A DNA stretch of 64,000 nucleotides from Macrostomum lignano (Eukaryota), in assembly GCA_002269645.1 (NCBI GenBank), contig NIVC01000103.1, positions 741,393 to 805,392 of the forward strand. The letters run 5' to 3'. A model generated the notes under the pieces. That model ran no database searches and was not told the DNA's origin. It saw only the letters and a list, made by a program, of their open reading frames with translations. Positions 49,701 to 63,130 of this stretch are shown here, one piece after another; the first letter of the stretch is position 1; each line of letters starts with the position of its first letter. Made by a program: the position numbers and the translations under genes.

Positions 49701-50356
49701 GGTGGCGACGGTGAGGCAGAAGCGGGCCGGCCGAGCATCGCGTAGATGCTGTTTTTGGCCGCCTCCAAGCGGATGGCCCGTTCGGCCGGACTCGGAGATC
49801 TCCGGCCACTATAACCGGACATCTCCTCGTCGACTTCGGCGGCAGCAGCTGCTTCGCTGTCTTCGTAACGCTCCCTACGGGAGAGTCGGGCAGCTGAGGC
49901 TGCTGGAGCGCTGCTGGCTTCATCTGGCAGCGGAGACCAAGGATCTGTGAGGCGATGTTGGAAGCTGCCGCCACCGGGGCTGACCTCAGATGGCCGCTCT
50001 TGAGCTGCTGGAGGAGGCGGCGAAGGCGGCGGAGAAGGCGGCGAAGGAGATGGTTGCGGCTCTTTTGAACTTTCTTCTTCTATTTCTTCTTCTAGTTGTA
50101 GCTGTTGCTGCTGCTGCTGCTGTACTTCTTCCGCTCGCGGTTCGCTATCAGTTTGCCTGTCTTCTTTGTTTGCAATTGTTGCAGTTTCTGTCGGAGTCTG
50201 GGCAGCAGAAGCAGCTTCATCAACTGATTCTGCAGCTGCTGGCTGCTCAGTGGGTTCCCCAACGTTAGTCTCGGCTGCTTCTGCTTCTGCTGTTGTTGCT
50301 GCTGCTGCTGCTGCAGAAGCAGAAACGCCTTCTTCTGGCGAGTCCTCTTGCGTCTG
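46718..50356 (-). CDS. ALMS1: ALMS-motif centriolar protein (ALMS1-like), last two coding exons; 5' end unresolved
   Basis: Exons 50356-48803 and 48139-46718 join in phase 0 (LQQ|AWEK). The C-terminus LQDAFNQRMSDFVSRSRARQRRVRL...LF...PETVAREEAERR...NRLRQQVY matches the ALMS motif as I recall it from human ALMS1 (LQESL..HRPDFISRSGERIKRLKL...LPEV..KREEEKRK...RLRAQLY). Confidence 0.75.
48398..48687 (-). mobile_element. tRNA-derived SINE, near full length
   Basis: A/B boxes, shared body, (TTA)n tail; lies in the ALMS-like intron. Confidence 0.88.
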
Positions 50357-50449
50357 CTGCGGATCCAGAAAAAAATGCATAGAAACTTGAATAGATTTTT
50401 TTATAGTTACTGGTACGGCTACAAATTAGTTACCCGATGGTAAATCAAC

Positions 50450-50450
<1 letters not shown>

Positions 50451-50488
<38 letters not shown>

Positions 50489-50510
50489 CAGTAGTAGTAG
50501 TAGTAGTAGT
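50451..50510. repeat. (TAG)n microsatellite
   Basis: Direct read. Confidence 0.95.
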
Positions 50511-50889
50511 TGTTGTTGTAGATGTAGTGAGTATTAAGAAGACTATTTAGCAATAAGTCTTGAGGTACTACTAATAGTAGTTAAATTAATAGTGCCACTA
50601 GCACGGCCCAAATACCTAAGCAATAAAATTTTGCACAAGAAAAATCGAACTCTTAAGTTGGCACACAAAAAAGTTTATAACAAAACCTGCACTCTCGTGT
50701 ACTTATTTATTCAAGTAGTATACAGTGCGCAAAAAAGAACTCTGAAAGTCAGGAGCACTGAATCAATAATAGAAAGTCACTAACAGTTATCAAGAATCTT
50801 CTACAACAAATTATGGGAAGCAATTTTTGTAACGCAAGTCCAATTAACTGGATATCATTGGGTTAGGCATTTTAGTTAGTGAGCGATGC

Positions 50890-51236
50890 AGTCAGTCAGT
50901 GAGTCAGTGAGTCAGTGAGTCAGTCAGTGAGTCAGTGAGTCAGTGAGTGAGTCAGTGAGTCAGTCAGTGAGTCAGTCAGTAAGTCAGTCAGTGAGTCAGT
51001 CAGTGAGTCAGTGAGTCAGTCAGTGAGTCAGTCAGTAAGTCAGTCAGTAAGTGAGTCAGTCAGTCAGTCAGTCAGTTTGTGAGTGAGTCAGTGAGTCAGT
51101 CAGTGAGTCAGTCAGTGAGTGAGTCAGTCAGTGAGTCAGTCAGTGAGTGAGTCAGTCAGTCAGTCAGTGAGTGGGTGAGTCTGTCAGTGAGTCAGTCAGT
51201 GAGTCAGTCAGTCAGTCAGTGAACCAGTGAGTCAGT
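50890..51236. repeat. (GAGTCAGT/CAGT)n microsatellite; resumes at 52445-52752
   Basis: Array split by the 51237-52444 element. Confidence 0.95.
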
Positions 51237-52444
51237 CCCGTTGGAAAAGTTATGCACCTGCAGAGGCATAAAAGGTGAACGAGGTGCACAAAAGAGGCAC
51301 TCTAGTGGTCTATTTCGTGTGTGTTTTGGAAATGCACCTGAGTGCACCTTTTATGCCTAAATGTCACCAATATTTTTGAAAAGAGGCATGAAAGGTGTAC
51401 AATCGGTGAAGTGGTCAGGCAGTAGGTGAATTCTCAATTTTGATTGGTTGTGGCGGTAGGGGCAGTAAAGGTGTATAAGGGGCACTGGAGGTGCGCAAAA
51501 GGTGAAGAGTAGGCTCACAAGTGAGGCACATCAGGGAAACGAGAGGTGCTGAAGGGGCGCAGAAAGCGCATGAAAGGTGAATTAGAGGTGCATTTAAGGT
51601 GCATTTCAGGCACGAAAGGTGAATTAGAGGTACATAAGGTGTACATGTGCGGCGTAAATATGCATACAGGTGCATTTCCAAAACACGCTCGAAATAGACC
51701 CCTAAAGTGCCTCTTCTGTGCACCTCGCTCACCTTTCATGCCTATGCATGAATTAACGCATTAATAATTCGTAACAAAATTAACTGAGAGTTACATACAG
51801 TCACATACTCGTACATTGCACGCACCGATTGAACATAGAAAAGCTTTGTTTACACCTATACTAATCGCTGCTATCCCCTTCCTGATCCTAACAAACCACG
51901 AAACTAAACATTTCCTATACTGATAAGTTTTAATGACTTTCAAATACTCAGGAAAAGTTCCGAAAAGTGATAAAAAGGTTTGCATTAGTAAGGAAAAGTT
52001 TCGAATAGTGAGAAAAGGAAGCAAATAACTTTGCCAGTTGAAAATTTAACGCCCCTTGCATTGCCTCTACGCCTAAAGTGCCCACTGTGCCCCTTTTATT
52101 CACCTTTCGTGCCTCCAGTGCACACTGTACACTTTTTATGCACCTCCACCGCAGCGCACCTTTTATTCACCTTTCACTCCACCAATGCCCCCAATTCCGA
52201 CTTTGTTCACCTTTTGTGCCTCAACGCACACTGTGCACCTTTTATGCACCTGAATCCCCTACGACACCTGTGCCCCTACCGCCTATTTCGTGCCTTAAAT
52301 TCACCTTTTGACCCTGTAGAGGCACTCAGGTGAACACGCGGTGCACAAGTGGCACAAAATAGGCATAGAAGAGGCGAAAGTGAGGCAGAAGGTGCAAAAC
52401 TCTTCACCTTTCATGCCTACTTTAAAAACTCAAAATCCAACGGG
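51237..52444. mobile_element. Non-autonomous TIR DNA element with internal fold-back
   Basis: Termini CCCGTTGGA...TCCAACGGG, apparent 3-bp TSD AGT, repeated AGGCAT(A/G)AAAGGTGAA subterminal motif, internal inverted repeat (~51262-51340 vs ~51667-51745). Confidence 0.75.
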
Positions 52445-52746
52445 AGTGAGTCAGTCAGTGAGTGAGTCAGTCAGTCAGTCATTCAGTCAGTCAGTCAGTG
52501 AGTGAGTCAGTCAGTCAGTCATTCAGTCAGTGAGTCAGTGAGTCAGTCAGTCAGTGAGTCAGTGAGTCAGTCAGTCAGTGAGTCAGTGAGTCAGTCAGTC
52601 AGTGAGTCAGTGAGTCAGTGAGTCAGTCAGTCAGTCAGTGAGTGAGTCAGTCAGTCAGTCATTCAGTCAGTGAGTCAGTGAGTCAGTCAGTCAGTGAGTC
52701 AGTGAGTCAGTCAGTCAGTGAGTCAGTGAGTCAGTCAGTGAGTCAG

Positions 52747-55700
52747 TCAGTCATCTCTAACATAGAGCAGTATGTAAGGAGTCTTGTAGTGACCACCGCC
52801 ACTGCAGCCCCATTCACCAAGACTGGTCTTTGTCACACAATCATCATTAGCGTGGATCCAGCAGTCTTGAGCAGTTGTAGTAGCAGTAGCAGCACTTTCT
52901 CGGTTGCTATGCCGACAAACGGCAGTGTAGTGACCGCTGTGCAGGGACATTCCGTGATGCACCACGAACGCCTCCAGGCGATACGGCACCTGCTGGATGC
53001 TTGGTGATGGCGAAGCCTCATCCGCAGTCGGCTGCTCCAATGGTACATGGATCCTGGGCTCCAGCCTGACAGTGGACTGGGTGTCCTTGGAGGCTACACG
53101 AGCAGCGAAGTCGAAGTGGAACAGCTGCAGCACCAGCAGGAGACAGTTGGGCAGGCTCTGCAGACTCAGCTGCTTCTCAGCTTCAACCTGCGGTGTTGGA
53201 TTTATTGCTTCAGGTGATAAAATCCAAGCTTTAGGTGATAGGGAATCCAAGCTTCAGGTGATGGGGAATCCAACCTCTGAGGATGGGGAATCCAAGCTTC
53301 AGGTGATGGGGATTCCAACCTCTGAGGATGGGGAATCCAAGCTTCAGGTGATGGGGAATCCAACCTCTGAGGATGGGGAATCCAAGCTTCAGGTGATAAA
53401 ATCCAAGCTTCAGGTGATGGGGAATCCAAGCTTCAGGTTATGGGGAATCCAAGCTTCAGGTGATGGGGAATCCAAGCTTCAGGTTATGGGGAACCCAAGC
53501 TTCAGGTGATGGGGAATCCAAGCTTCAGGTGATGGGGAATCCAACCCCTGAGGATGGGAAATCCTAGCTTCAGGTGATAAAATTCAAGCTTCAGGTGATG
53601 GGGAATCCAAGCTTCAGGTGATGGGGAATCCAAGCTTCAGGTGATGGGGAATCCAAGCTTCAGGTGATGGGGAATCCAAGCTTCAGGTTATGGGGAACCC
53701 AAGCTTCAGGTGATGGGGAATCCAAGCTTCAGGTGATGGGGAATCCAACCTCTGAGGATGGGAAATCCAAGCTTCAGGTGATAAAATCCAAGCTTCAGGT
53801 GATGGGGAATCCGACCTCTGAGGATGGGGAATCCAAGCTTCAGGTGATAAAATCCAAGCTTCAGGTGATGGGGAATCCAACCTCTGAGGATGGGAAATCC
53901 AAGCTTCAGGTGATAAAATCCAAGCTTCAGGTGATAAAATCCAAGCTTCAGGTGATGGGGAATCCAACCTCTGAGGATGGGGAATCCAACCTCTGAGGAT
54001 GGGGAATCCAAGCTTCAGGTGATAAAATCCAAGTTTCAGGTGATGGGGAATCCAACCTCTGAGGATGGGGAATCCAAGCTTCAGGTGATGGGGAATCCAA
54101 CCTCTGAGGATGGGGAATCCAACCTCTGAGGATGGGGAATCCAAGCTTCAGGTGATAAAATCCAAGTTTCAGGTGATGGGGAATCCAACCTCTGAGGATG
54201 GGGAATCCAAGCTTCAGGTGATAAAATCCAAGCTTCAGGTGATGGGGAATCTAAGCTTCAGGTGATGGGGAATCTAAGCTTCAGGTGATGGGGAATCTAA
54301 GCTTCAGGTGATGGGGAATCCAACCTCTGAGGATGGGGAATCCAACCTCTGATGAGGATGGGGAATCCAACTTCTGATGATGGGGAATCCAACTTCTGAT
54401 GATGGGGAATCCAACTTAATGATGATGGGGAATCCAACCTCTGATGAGGATGGGAATCTAATCTCTGAGGATGGGGAATCCAACCTTTGATGAGGAGGAT
54501 GGGGAGTCCAGCCTCTGATGAGGATGGGGAATCCAACCTCTGATGAGGAGATGGAATCCAACCTTTGATGAGGATGGGGAATCCAACCTCTGATGAGGAG
54601 GATGGGGAATCCAACCTTTGATGAGGAGGATGGGGAGTCCAGCCTCTGATGAGGATGGGGAATCCAATCTCTGATGAGGATTGGGAATCCAGCCTCTGAT
54701 GAGGATGGGGAATCCAATCTGATGAGGATGGGAATCTAATCTCTGAGGATGGGAAATCCAACGTCTGATGAGGATGGGAAATCCAACGTCTGATGAGGAT
54801 GGGGAATCCAACCTCTGATAAGGAGGATGGGGAATCCAACCCCTGATGAGGATGGGAATCTAATCTCTGAGGATGGGAAATCCAACGTCTGATGAGGATG
54901 GGGAATCCAACCTCTGATGAGGAGGATGGGGAATCCAGCCTCTGATGAGGATGGGGAATCCAACCCCTGATGAGGATGGGGAATCCAACCTCTGATGAGG
55001 AGGATGGGGAATCCAGCCTCTGATGAGGATGGGGAATCCAACCCCTGATGAGGATGGGGAATCCAACCTCTGATGAGGAGGATGGGGAATCCAACCTCTG
55101 ATGAGGAGGATGAGGAATCCAACCTCTGATGAGGATAAGAAATTCCATCCCCTCTAAGGATGGGAAATCAGCACAGTAAAACAGTCACCTTATCATTGCA
55201 CTCAGCGCACAGCAGCTTGTCGTCTCCATCAAGCATCTCGGGCTGCAGATAGTCAGCCAGCATCTGGGACACGCTGTTCTCCAAATGCTTGCGCAACGCC
55301 AAATGCAGAGTGACAAATGGGGCTGTGGTTCGCACCGAGTGACCGGCAGCTTTACATCGCAAATGCACGCCCAGACGGCCGCTGAAACAACGGGCAACAA
55401 ACCGCTTGTATTCGTCCAGCTGTGGCCCAATCGATTTCTCCTCTTCTATCAGGCTGTCAATCACGTGTAGAAGATATTCGGCGGAGTCCTGCTGACTGCC
55501 GTGGCTCATGTACACCGGTCGGGAGCGGAGCAGGAAGGCGTGAGGATTCAAGGCGGGGGCCACGGAGTCAAGAGATGGAGACATGCGACGGAGCAGATTG
55601 ACCAGGTGCTCGCTGACCTGAGGGGAGAATGTGGATTGAGAAAATTTTCAATGATTAGGTGGAATTAACTTTAAGTAATCACGTGAGTCGTGACTATAAT

Positions 55701-58700
55701 GAAATAATTTGGAAAGTGATAATAGAGTGTGACAGTCAGATGTGATCGTAGGGTGTGACAGTAACCAGTAGGATGTGACCGTAAGATTTGACAGTAAGAT
55801 GTGGTAGTAAAACGTGACTGTAGGGAGTGACAGTAAGATGTGACCCGTTGTGACAGTATGATTTGACGTGTGTGACAATAGTATGTAACTGTAGGGTGTG
55901 ACAGTAAGATGTGACCGTAGGGTGTGACAGTAAGATGTGACCGAAGGGTGAGACAGTAAGATGTGACTGTAGGGTGTGACAGTAAGATGTGATCGTAGGG
56001 TGTGACAGTAAGCTTTATAGAAACCTTCATTAAAAAAGGCCCACTTACAGTAGGCCCACGGGCTCTACTATCAGAGCTACCAGAACTACCAGGGGCTCCG
56101 GTAGCGGTCGCAGACGACTCCGCAACCTGAGCCAGCGCTTCAGGCAGATCGACGTAGAGTCGAGCACAGGCCGACAGTAGCTGGATGGCCGCGCCAGCGT
56201 AGCAGGTGTTGCCGAGGTTCAGCAGACCGAGGCGGCCCGGAACTCTGTCCAGCTTGATGCGAGACTGCGGGTTCATGAGAGAAATTTAGGGGTGGCTGTC
56301 ACTGGCTAATCAGCGATCAGAAAGAGAAATTTAGGGGTGGCTGTCACTGGCCAATCAGCGATCAGAGAGAGGTATTTAGGGGTGGGTGCGACTGTCCAAT
56401 CAGCGATCAGAGATGGGAATCTGGGGGTGGGTGTCACTGGCCAATCAGCGATCAGAGAGGGGAATATGGGGGTGGGTGTGACTGATAAATCAGCGATCAG
56501 AAAAGAATTTATGAAATCTGGCAGCCTAATAATGACACTTTAATTTTCACTGATGACAGACAAAATCAGCCTGAAAGCAGACAAGCACCCTCACCTGCCA
56601 CAGAGAAGCTGGAACTGCAGAGCTAGATGCTGCCACAGCAGATGATGGAGAGGCCGCGGAAGCAATGGAAGCCGCAGCGGCCGCATTGGCCTCCGCTGTA
56701 GCGGCAGCAACCAGCTGGTTGATGTTGTGATCATGCAGCCTCCGTCGCAGGATGCTCAGATCTGGCGAGGCAAAGTGCTCAGTCAGACAGCGCAGCGGGC
56801 TGCCAACTGGGCCGAAAAATTCTTCAGTGATTGACAGGTCGTCTGGCTCTGAGCTTGAGTCTGTCGAAGAAACAGGAATTAGCTTGGCGGCCGCTTGTTG
56901 AGGTCGCCCAGGGAGCAGACGGTTGGCCTGGGCAGTGATGGGAATGACGGGTAAATGACTAGTGAATGACCAATTTACTGACAATGACCATCAGTGAATG
57001 ATCAATTTACTGACAATGACCAGCAGTGAATGATCAATTTACTGACAATGGCCAACAGTAAATGATCAATTTACTGACAATGACCAACAGTAAATGATCA
57101 ATTTATAGACAATGAGAAACCGTAAATGATCAATTTACTGACACTGACCAACAGTGAATGACCAATTTACTGACAATGACCAGCAGTGAATGATCAATTT
57201 ACTGACAATGACCAGCAGTGAATGATCAATTTACTGACAATGACCAACGGTGACCGATCAATTTAATGACACTGACCATCAGTGAATGATCAATTTACTG
57301 ACAATGACCAGCAGTGAATGATCAATTTACTGACAATGACCAGCAGTGAATGATCAATTTACTGACAATGACCAGCAGTGAATGATCAATTTACTGACAA
57401 TGACCAGCAGTGAATGATCAATTTACTGACAATGACCAGCAGTGAATGATCAATTTACTGACAATGACTAACAGTGAATGATCAATTTACTGACAATGAC
57501 CAGCAGTGAATGATCAATTTACTGACAATGACCAGCAGTGAATGATCAATTTACTGACAATGACCAGCAGTGAATGATCAATTTAATGACAATGACCAGC
57601 AGTGAATGATCAATTTACTGACAATGACCAACGGTGACCGATCAATTTAATGACACTGACCATCAGTGAATGATCAATTTACTGACAATGACCAGCAGTG
57701 AATGATCAATTTACTGACAATGACCAACGGTGACCGATCAATTTAATGACAATGACCATCAGTGAATGATCAATTTACTGACAATGACCAACGGTGACCG
57801 ATCAATTTACTGACAATGACCAGCAGTGAATGATCAATTTACTGACAATGACCAGCAGTGAATGACCAATTTACTGACAATGACCAGCAGTGAATAACCA
57901 ATTTACTGACAATGACCAGCAGTGAATGACCAATTTACTGACAATGACCAGCAGTGAATAACCAATTTACTGACAATGACCAGCAGTGAATGATCAATTT
58001 ACTGACAATGACCAGCAGTGAATGACCAATTTACTGACAATGACCAACAGTGAATGATCAATTTACTGACAATGACCAGCAGTGAATGATCAATTTACTG
58101 ACAATGACCAGCAGTGAATGACCAATTTACTGACAATGACCAACACAGTGAACAATAAACCACAGTAATGAGCAACACAAACCGTAGTCCTACCTTGTTC
58201 TTCTTCCTTTTACAGATAAGTCGCATTGCCCAAGCTAGTTCAGCAAGATCTCGCAATGCCTCAGTGTCGGGCTCGCCTTCAGACAGAGCTGGCAACAGCC
58301 GGTCTCTTAAGCAGTTCCTGTTTTAAAGGTGCGCAAATATGAGATATTTGGCTGATACGAGTTTATGATGCCTGTTATATCAAATGCCAGTCTTTCAAGG
58401 GGTTATAAATGTACCCTAGTGGTTATTTACAGAACGCCAGACTCTCAACTGGAAGGTCAGGGGTTCGATTCCGGATCTAACTCAGGAACAATTTGTGTCC
58501 TTGAGCAAGACCCAGCACTAACTGGGGTAATTGAGGGTGTGTGGCGACACACAAACAACTCACCTTGCCAAGTCCACACCGGGCCGATTAGTCAGGACAA
58601 AAAAGTCGAACACAGTCAACGCCGGGGACCTGCTTGGCTTAGAGATTAATAGATCAGCCACGGTGTCCAGTCTGGAGCGCATGTAGCTCAGGCACATCAT

Positions 58701-61700
58701 CGTTTTGTTGTAGCGAAGCGCCGCTCTAAGCAGATAAAGAAGCCAGCCGCTCTCGACCGCGCCGTGACCAGGATAGCGAAGGCTGTGCAGCACGGAGTCC
58801 AGGATGGCTTCATAGGCGGCCTTGTCTGCTGCGTATCTGCGTGTGTACATATGGCACAAGGTACTTAGATCACCTGTCAATCAATCAATGGGATTACCAA
58901 CTCTATCACCTGTCAATCAATCAATGGGATCACCATCTCTATCACCTGTCAATCAATCAATGGGATTACTATCTCTATCACCTGTCAATCAATCAATGGG
59001 ATTATCAACTCTATCACCTGTCAATCAATCAATCAATGGGATTACCAACTCTATCACCTGTCAATCAATCAGTGGGATCACCATTTCTATCACCTGTCAA
59101 TCAATCAGTGGGATCACCATTTCTATCACCTGTCAATCAATCAATGGGATTACCATCTCTATCACCTGTCAATCAGTGGGATTACCATCTCTATCACCTG
59201 TCAATCAATCAATGGGATTACCATCTCTATCACCTGTCAATCAATCAGTGGGATCACCATCTCTATCACCTGTCAATCAATCAGTGGGATTACCATCTCT
59301 ATCACCTGTCAATCAATCAATGGGATTATCAACTCTATCACCTGTCAATCAATCAATCAATGGGATTACCAACTCTATCACCTGTCAATCAATCAGTGGG
59401 ATTACCGTCTCTATCATCTGTCAAACAATCAATGGGATTACCAACTCTATTACCTGTCAATCAATCAATGGGATCACCATCTCTATCACCTGTCAATCAA
59501 TCAATGGGATTACCATCTCTATCACCTGTCAATCAATCAGTGGGATCACCATTTCTATCACCTGTCAATCAATCAATGGGATCACCATTTCTATCACCTG
59601 TCAATCAATCAATGGGATTACCATCTATATCACCTGTCAATCAATCAATGGGATTAACATCTCTATCACCTGTCAATCAATCAATGGGATTATTTTCTCT
59701 ATTACCTGTCAATCAATCAATGGGATTACTATCTCTATCACCTGTCAATCAATCAATGGGATTATCAACTCTATCACCTGTCAATCAATCAATCAATGGG
59801 ATTACCAACTCTATCACCTGTCAATCAATCAGTGGGATCACCATTTCTATCACCTGTCAATCAATCAATGGGATTACCATCTCTATCACCTGTCAATCAG
59901 TGGGATTACCATCTCTATCACCTGTCAATCAATCAATGGGATTACCATCTCTATCACCTGTCAATCAATCAGTGGGATCACCATCTCTATCACCTGTCAA
60001 TCAATCAGTGGGATTACCATCTCTATCACCTGTCAATCAATCAATGGGATCAACATCTCTATCACCTGTCAATCAATGAGAGTAGCCTCTCTATGTCACC
60101 TGTCTCAGGGCCAAACAATAATAAAAAGTACATTGAGAATCAAAACAGACTCACTTCTCAGCCACCTTATCGCAGCAGAGTGGCACAATGCCGATAGGAA
60201 CATTTCTCAAGCTCAGCGCTATCAATTGGCCACAATAGATTGAATTTGGTTTCTCAGGTAGACAGGCAGCAAGTTTGGCAAACAGAATCTCCAATGACTG
60301 GTAAATAGCCCGATCATTACCAGCCCACAGTATGGTTAATAATCGATTAAACTGATCTAAACAGGATATGGCTAGTTGCCATGGCAACCGATGGACCTCG
60401 CCGAGGCACTGAACTATCGCCACGCAGCAGGCGTCAGAATCGGTCAAATTTAAATTGTCAATTCGACTGGCTAAGTCGCACAGTTCGGCCGCGGATTTTA
60501 TCAGATTGATTTGACCTTCATTTGACCCCGACTCGACATGGCTAATCTGCTGAGAATTTTCATTAGCATTGGCTGCGTCGCAGCAACGGCGAAGTAGATC
60601 CGTCAGATTCTTTCGTACGCATCTGGCAAACGCCATGTCCAATGGGGAGCTCGAGAAGCCGCCGCCTCCTCCACCTCCGACCCCGCCGCCGTCGCTAAGG
60701 ACGCCGTGAGCAACGCGAAGAAGCAGAATCACTCGGTCTGGCTGGGCGTCTCTGGAATGGCGATGAGATCAAAAAGGTTGAGCTCCAACGAATCTAGAGG
60801 GGAGATTACTGATTATCTAGAGGGGAGATTACTGAGTATCTAGAGGGGAGATTTTCGGAGATCTAGAGGCGAGATTACTAGGGATCTAGAGAGGAGATTA
60901 CTGATCTAAAAAGGAAATTGCTGAGGATCTAAAGAGGAGATTAGTGATGATCTAGATAGAGAGATTACTGAGGATCTAGAAAGGAGAATAATGAGGATCT
61001 AGAGATATTACTGAGGATCTAGAGGGAAGATTAGTGATGATCTAGAGGGGAGATTACCGAGGATCTAGAGAGGAGATTAGTGATGATCTAGAGGCGAGAT
61101 TACTGAGGATCTAGATGGTTGCATTATGAATGATCTAGAGGGGAGATTACTGAGATCTAGAGGAGATTAGTGATGATCTAGAGAGGAGATTACTGAGGAT
61201 CTAGAGAGGAGATTGGTGATGATCTAGAGGGAATTTTACTGAGGATCTAGATGGTTGCATTATGAATGATCTAGAGGGGAGATTACTGAGGATCTAGAGG
61301 GGAGATTACTGAGGATCTAGATGGTTGCATTATGAATGATCTAGAGGGGAGATTACTGAGGATCTAGAGGGGAGATTAGTGAGGATCTAGAGAGGAGATT
61401 ACTGAGGATCTAGAGGGGAGATTACTGAGGATCTAGATGGTTGCATTTCGAATGATCTATAGGGCTGTCAAACGAATTATCTTAAAGCTTAATCACTTAC
61501 CTGGCATAGAACGGCACCTGGCTCGCTAAACTATGCACCATAGCTTCGCGATTTTTTCGAAACACCAGCCCAGCCAGTTGGCGACACTTTTCAATCCACT
61601 GGTCCGGCACTGCGGTGACCAGACAGTCCATTGAGGCTTCAACCAGAGCGGCAGATGACTGATGTAGAGGAGACTGGTCTCGCAGGCACTGTAAGGCCTC

Positions 61701-61850
61701 TTCTAGGAGATGGCCAATGTCTGTGGCTTCAGACTGGTCAGACTGACTAGATTGCAACTGACTAAGCTGATGCAGCAATCGCTGCTCAATCTCATTGGCT
61801 GTGTCAGCCTCAGCAGAGGACAATGGTAGAGCTGGGTCCCCATCAGCCAT
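52747..61850 (-). CDS. USP-family (peptidase C19) deubiquitinase with long helical N-terminus (USP35/38-like), 8 exons
   Basis: Exons 61850-61501, 60751-60155, 58836-58564, 58317-58194, 56927-56595, 56264-56049, 55617-55189, 53187-52747 join in phase. Cys box GLLNLGNTCY, QQDSAEYL, His box HHGMSLHSGHY, ANDD, TPYILLY. Start Met is tentative (acceptor at 61872-61874 just upstream). Confidence 0.9.
53205..55170. repeat. 23-bp minisatellite (GGGAATCCAAGCTTCAGGTGATG)n grading into a GGGAATCCAACCTCTGATGAGGAT variant
   Basis: Fills the last USP intron. Confidence 0.95.
55700..56015. repeat. 26-bp minisatellite
   Basis: GGTGTGACAGTAAGATGTGACCGTAG repeats. Confidence 0.85.
56280..56505. repeat. 45-bp minisatellite
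   Basis: GGGGTGGCTGTCACTGGCCAATCAGCGATCAG repeats. Confidence 0.85.
56955..58142. repeat. 32-bp minisatellite (AATGACCAGCAGTGAATGATCAATTTACTGAC)n
   Basis: Intronic array. Confidence 0.95.
58411..58550 (+). mobile_element. Degraded tRNA-derived SINE copy
   Basis: GTACCCTAGTGGTT...GGTTCGATTCC...GTGTCCTTGAGCAAGAC...CTGGGGTAATTGAGGGTGTGTGGCGAC. Confidence 0.75.
58868..60105. repeat. 36-bp minisatellite (ATCACCTGTCAATCAATCAATGGGATTACCATCTCT)n
   Basis: Intronic array. Confidence 0.95.
60795..61462. repeat. 23-bp minisatellite (GATCTAGAGGGGAGATTACTGAG)n
   Basis: Intronic array. Confidence 0.95.
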
Positions 61851-62099
61851 TGCTCCATTAGCCTTGGCTACCTGCAAATATTCAGTAACATAAATTTGTT
61901 AATAATTTTAATTCTCAGGTATTTATTTACATACATATGCTATATATAGCATATAAATATAATAAAAATGACATGATATCAATTATCTATATAACTAAAT
62001 TAACAATTACCAAGTTATTTTTAATGAGGCTTGATTTTTTTTAATTTTTTATATAGATAATATATACATACATGTACTATGTTGTAGCCCTGTTTTTTA

Positions 62100-63130
62100 A
62101 GGCTGAGAGATTTCTTCAGATCAGACCTATTTGAGGACCCACACCAAGCAGCATCTTAGCAATGAGATTCTGAAGTGCATTAATGCCTAGTGACAGCCAA
62201 CCTGGCTAGCTGTATGGCCTTTGTAAGGTTCATAAACCTGACAAACCCCTGAGACTGATTGTGTCTGATTAATACTGCTGAGTATGAACTTGCCAGATCC
62301 CTGGATTGTCTGATCAAACCATGTGATGTAGTGCTCATTTTATAATAATACAGTACTTGTTTTATAGAATATTCTTTTTCTACAATTAAAACTTTTTTCT
62401 TTCTTAGAAAGTAAACTGCATTCAACTTTCCACCTTTATTTTTTGTTTAACTACAGTGTTTCCAAATAATATTTGTTTATCAATTCCAATTGCCAGCTCC
62501 TTCAAGCCTTGAGTCAAATCAGTCCAAAAAGTAAGGATTTTCTTTGCAGATTTGATGTGACTTTACTTTTTACCAATGTAACTTTGAAGCTAGCTATTGA
62601 TCTTGCCACTGATCATATGTATAATATGAATCTGCCTGGGTTACTAAAGATGGTATTTAAAAAGTTATTAGAGGCTTTGCTATCTCTGGCATCTTCTTGT
62701 TTGATGACAAATATTATTGCCAGATAGATGGCTGTGCCATGGGAAGCCTTCTTGCTCCTACTCTGGCCAATGTTTGCATGGCACACTGGGAAACTATCTC
62801 TTGGGTATGCCCCAACTTTCTATAAGCACTATGTTGATGACACATTTGTCATTTTTGATAACCAAGCTAAGCACCAAGAGTTTTTTTCTGGCTTTGAACT
62901 TAACCCACAGCAATATCCAATTCACCATTAAGATAGGAGGCAAAGACTTCCATTTTTTAATGTTGAAGTTAATCTAAGCAATGGCCAAGTCTCTGTTTGG
63001 GTTTATCACAAACCTATATTTATTACTTTACTGCTGAATTTCAATGCCCTCAGTCCAAGACAGTGGAATATTGGCCTGATCCAGTATATACTATATAGGG
63101 CTTACTCTATAGTTCCTAGGCCTTGTGTGT
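62100..63130 (+). mobile_element. Degraded Penelope-like retroelement RT fragment
   Basis: Frameshifted motifs PDKPLRLIVS, FDVTLLFTNV, QIDGCAMGSLLAPTLAN, YKHYVDDTFVIF, HSNIQFT, YHKP...LLNFNA. Confidence 0.8.

Noticed and set aside
46749-50390. Numerous alternative-frame and antisense ORFs over the ALMS-like exons
   Set aside because: Shadow ORFs of GC-rich coding sequence.
53202-60243. Long repetitive ORFs (e.g. 473 aa at 58822-60243; 54297-55148)
   Set aside because: Intronic minisatellites antisense to or within USP introns.
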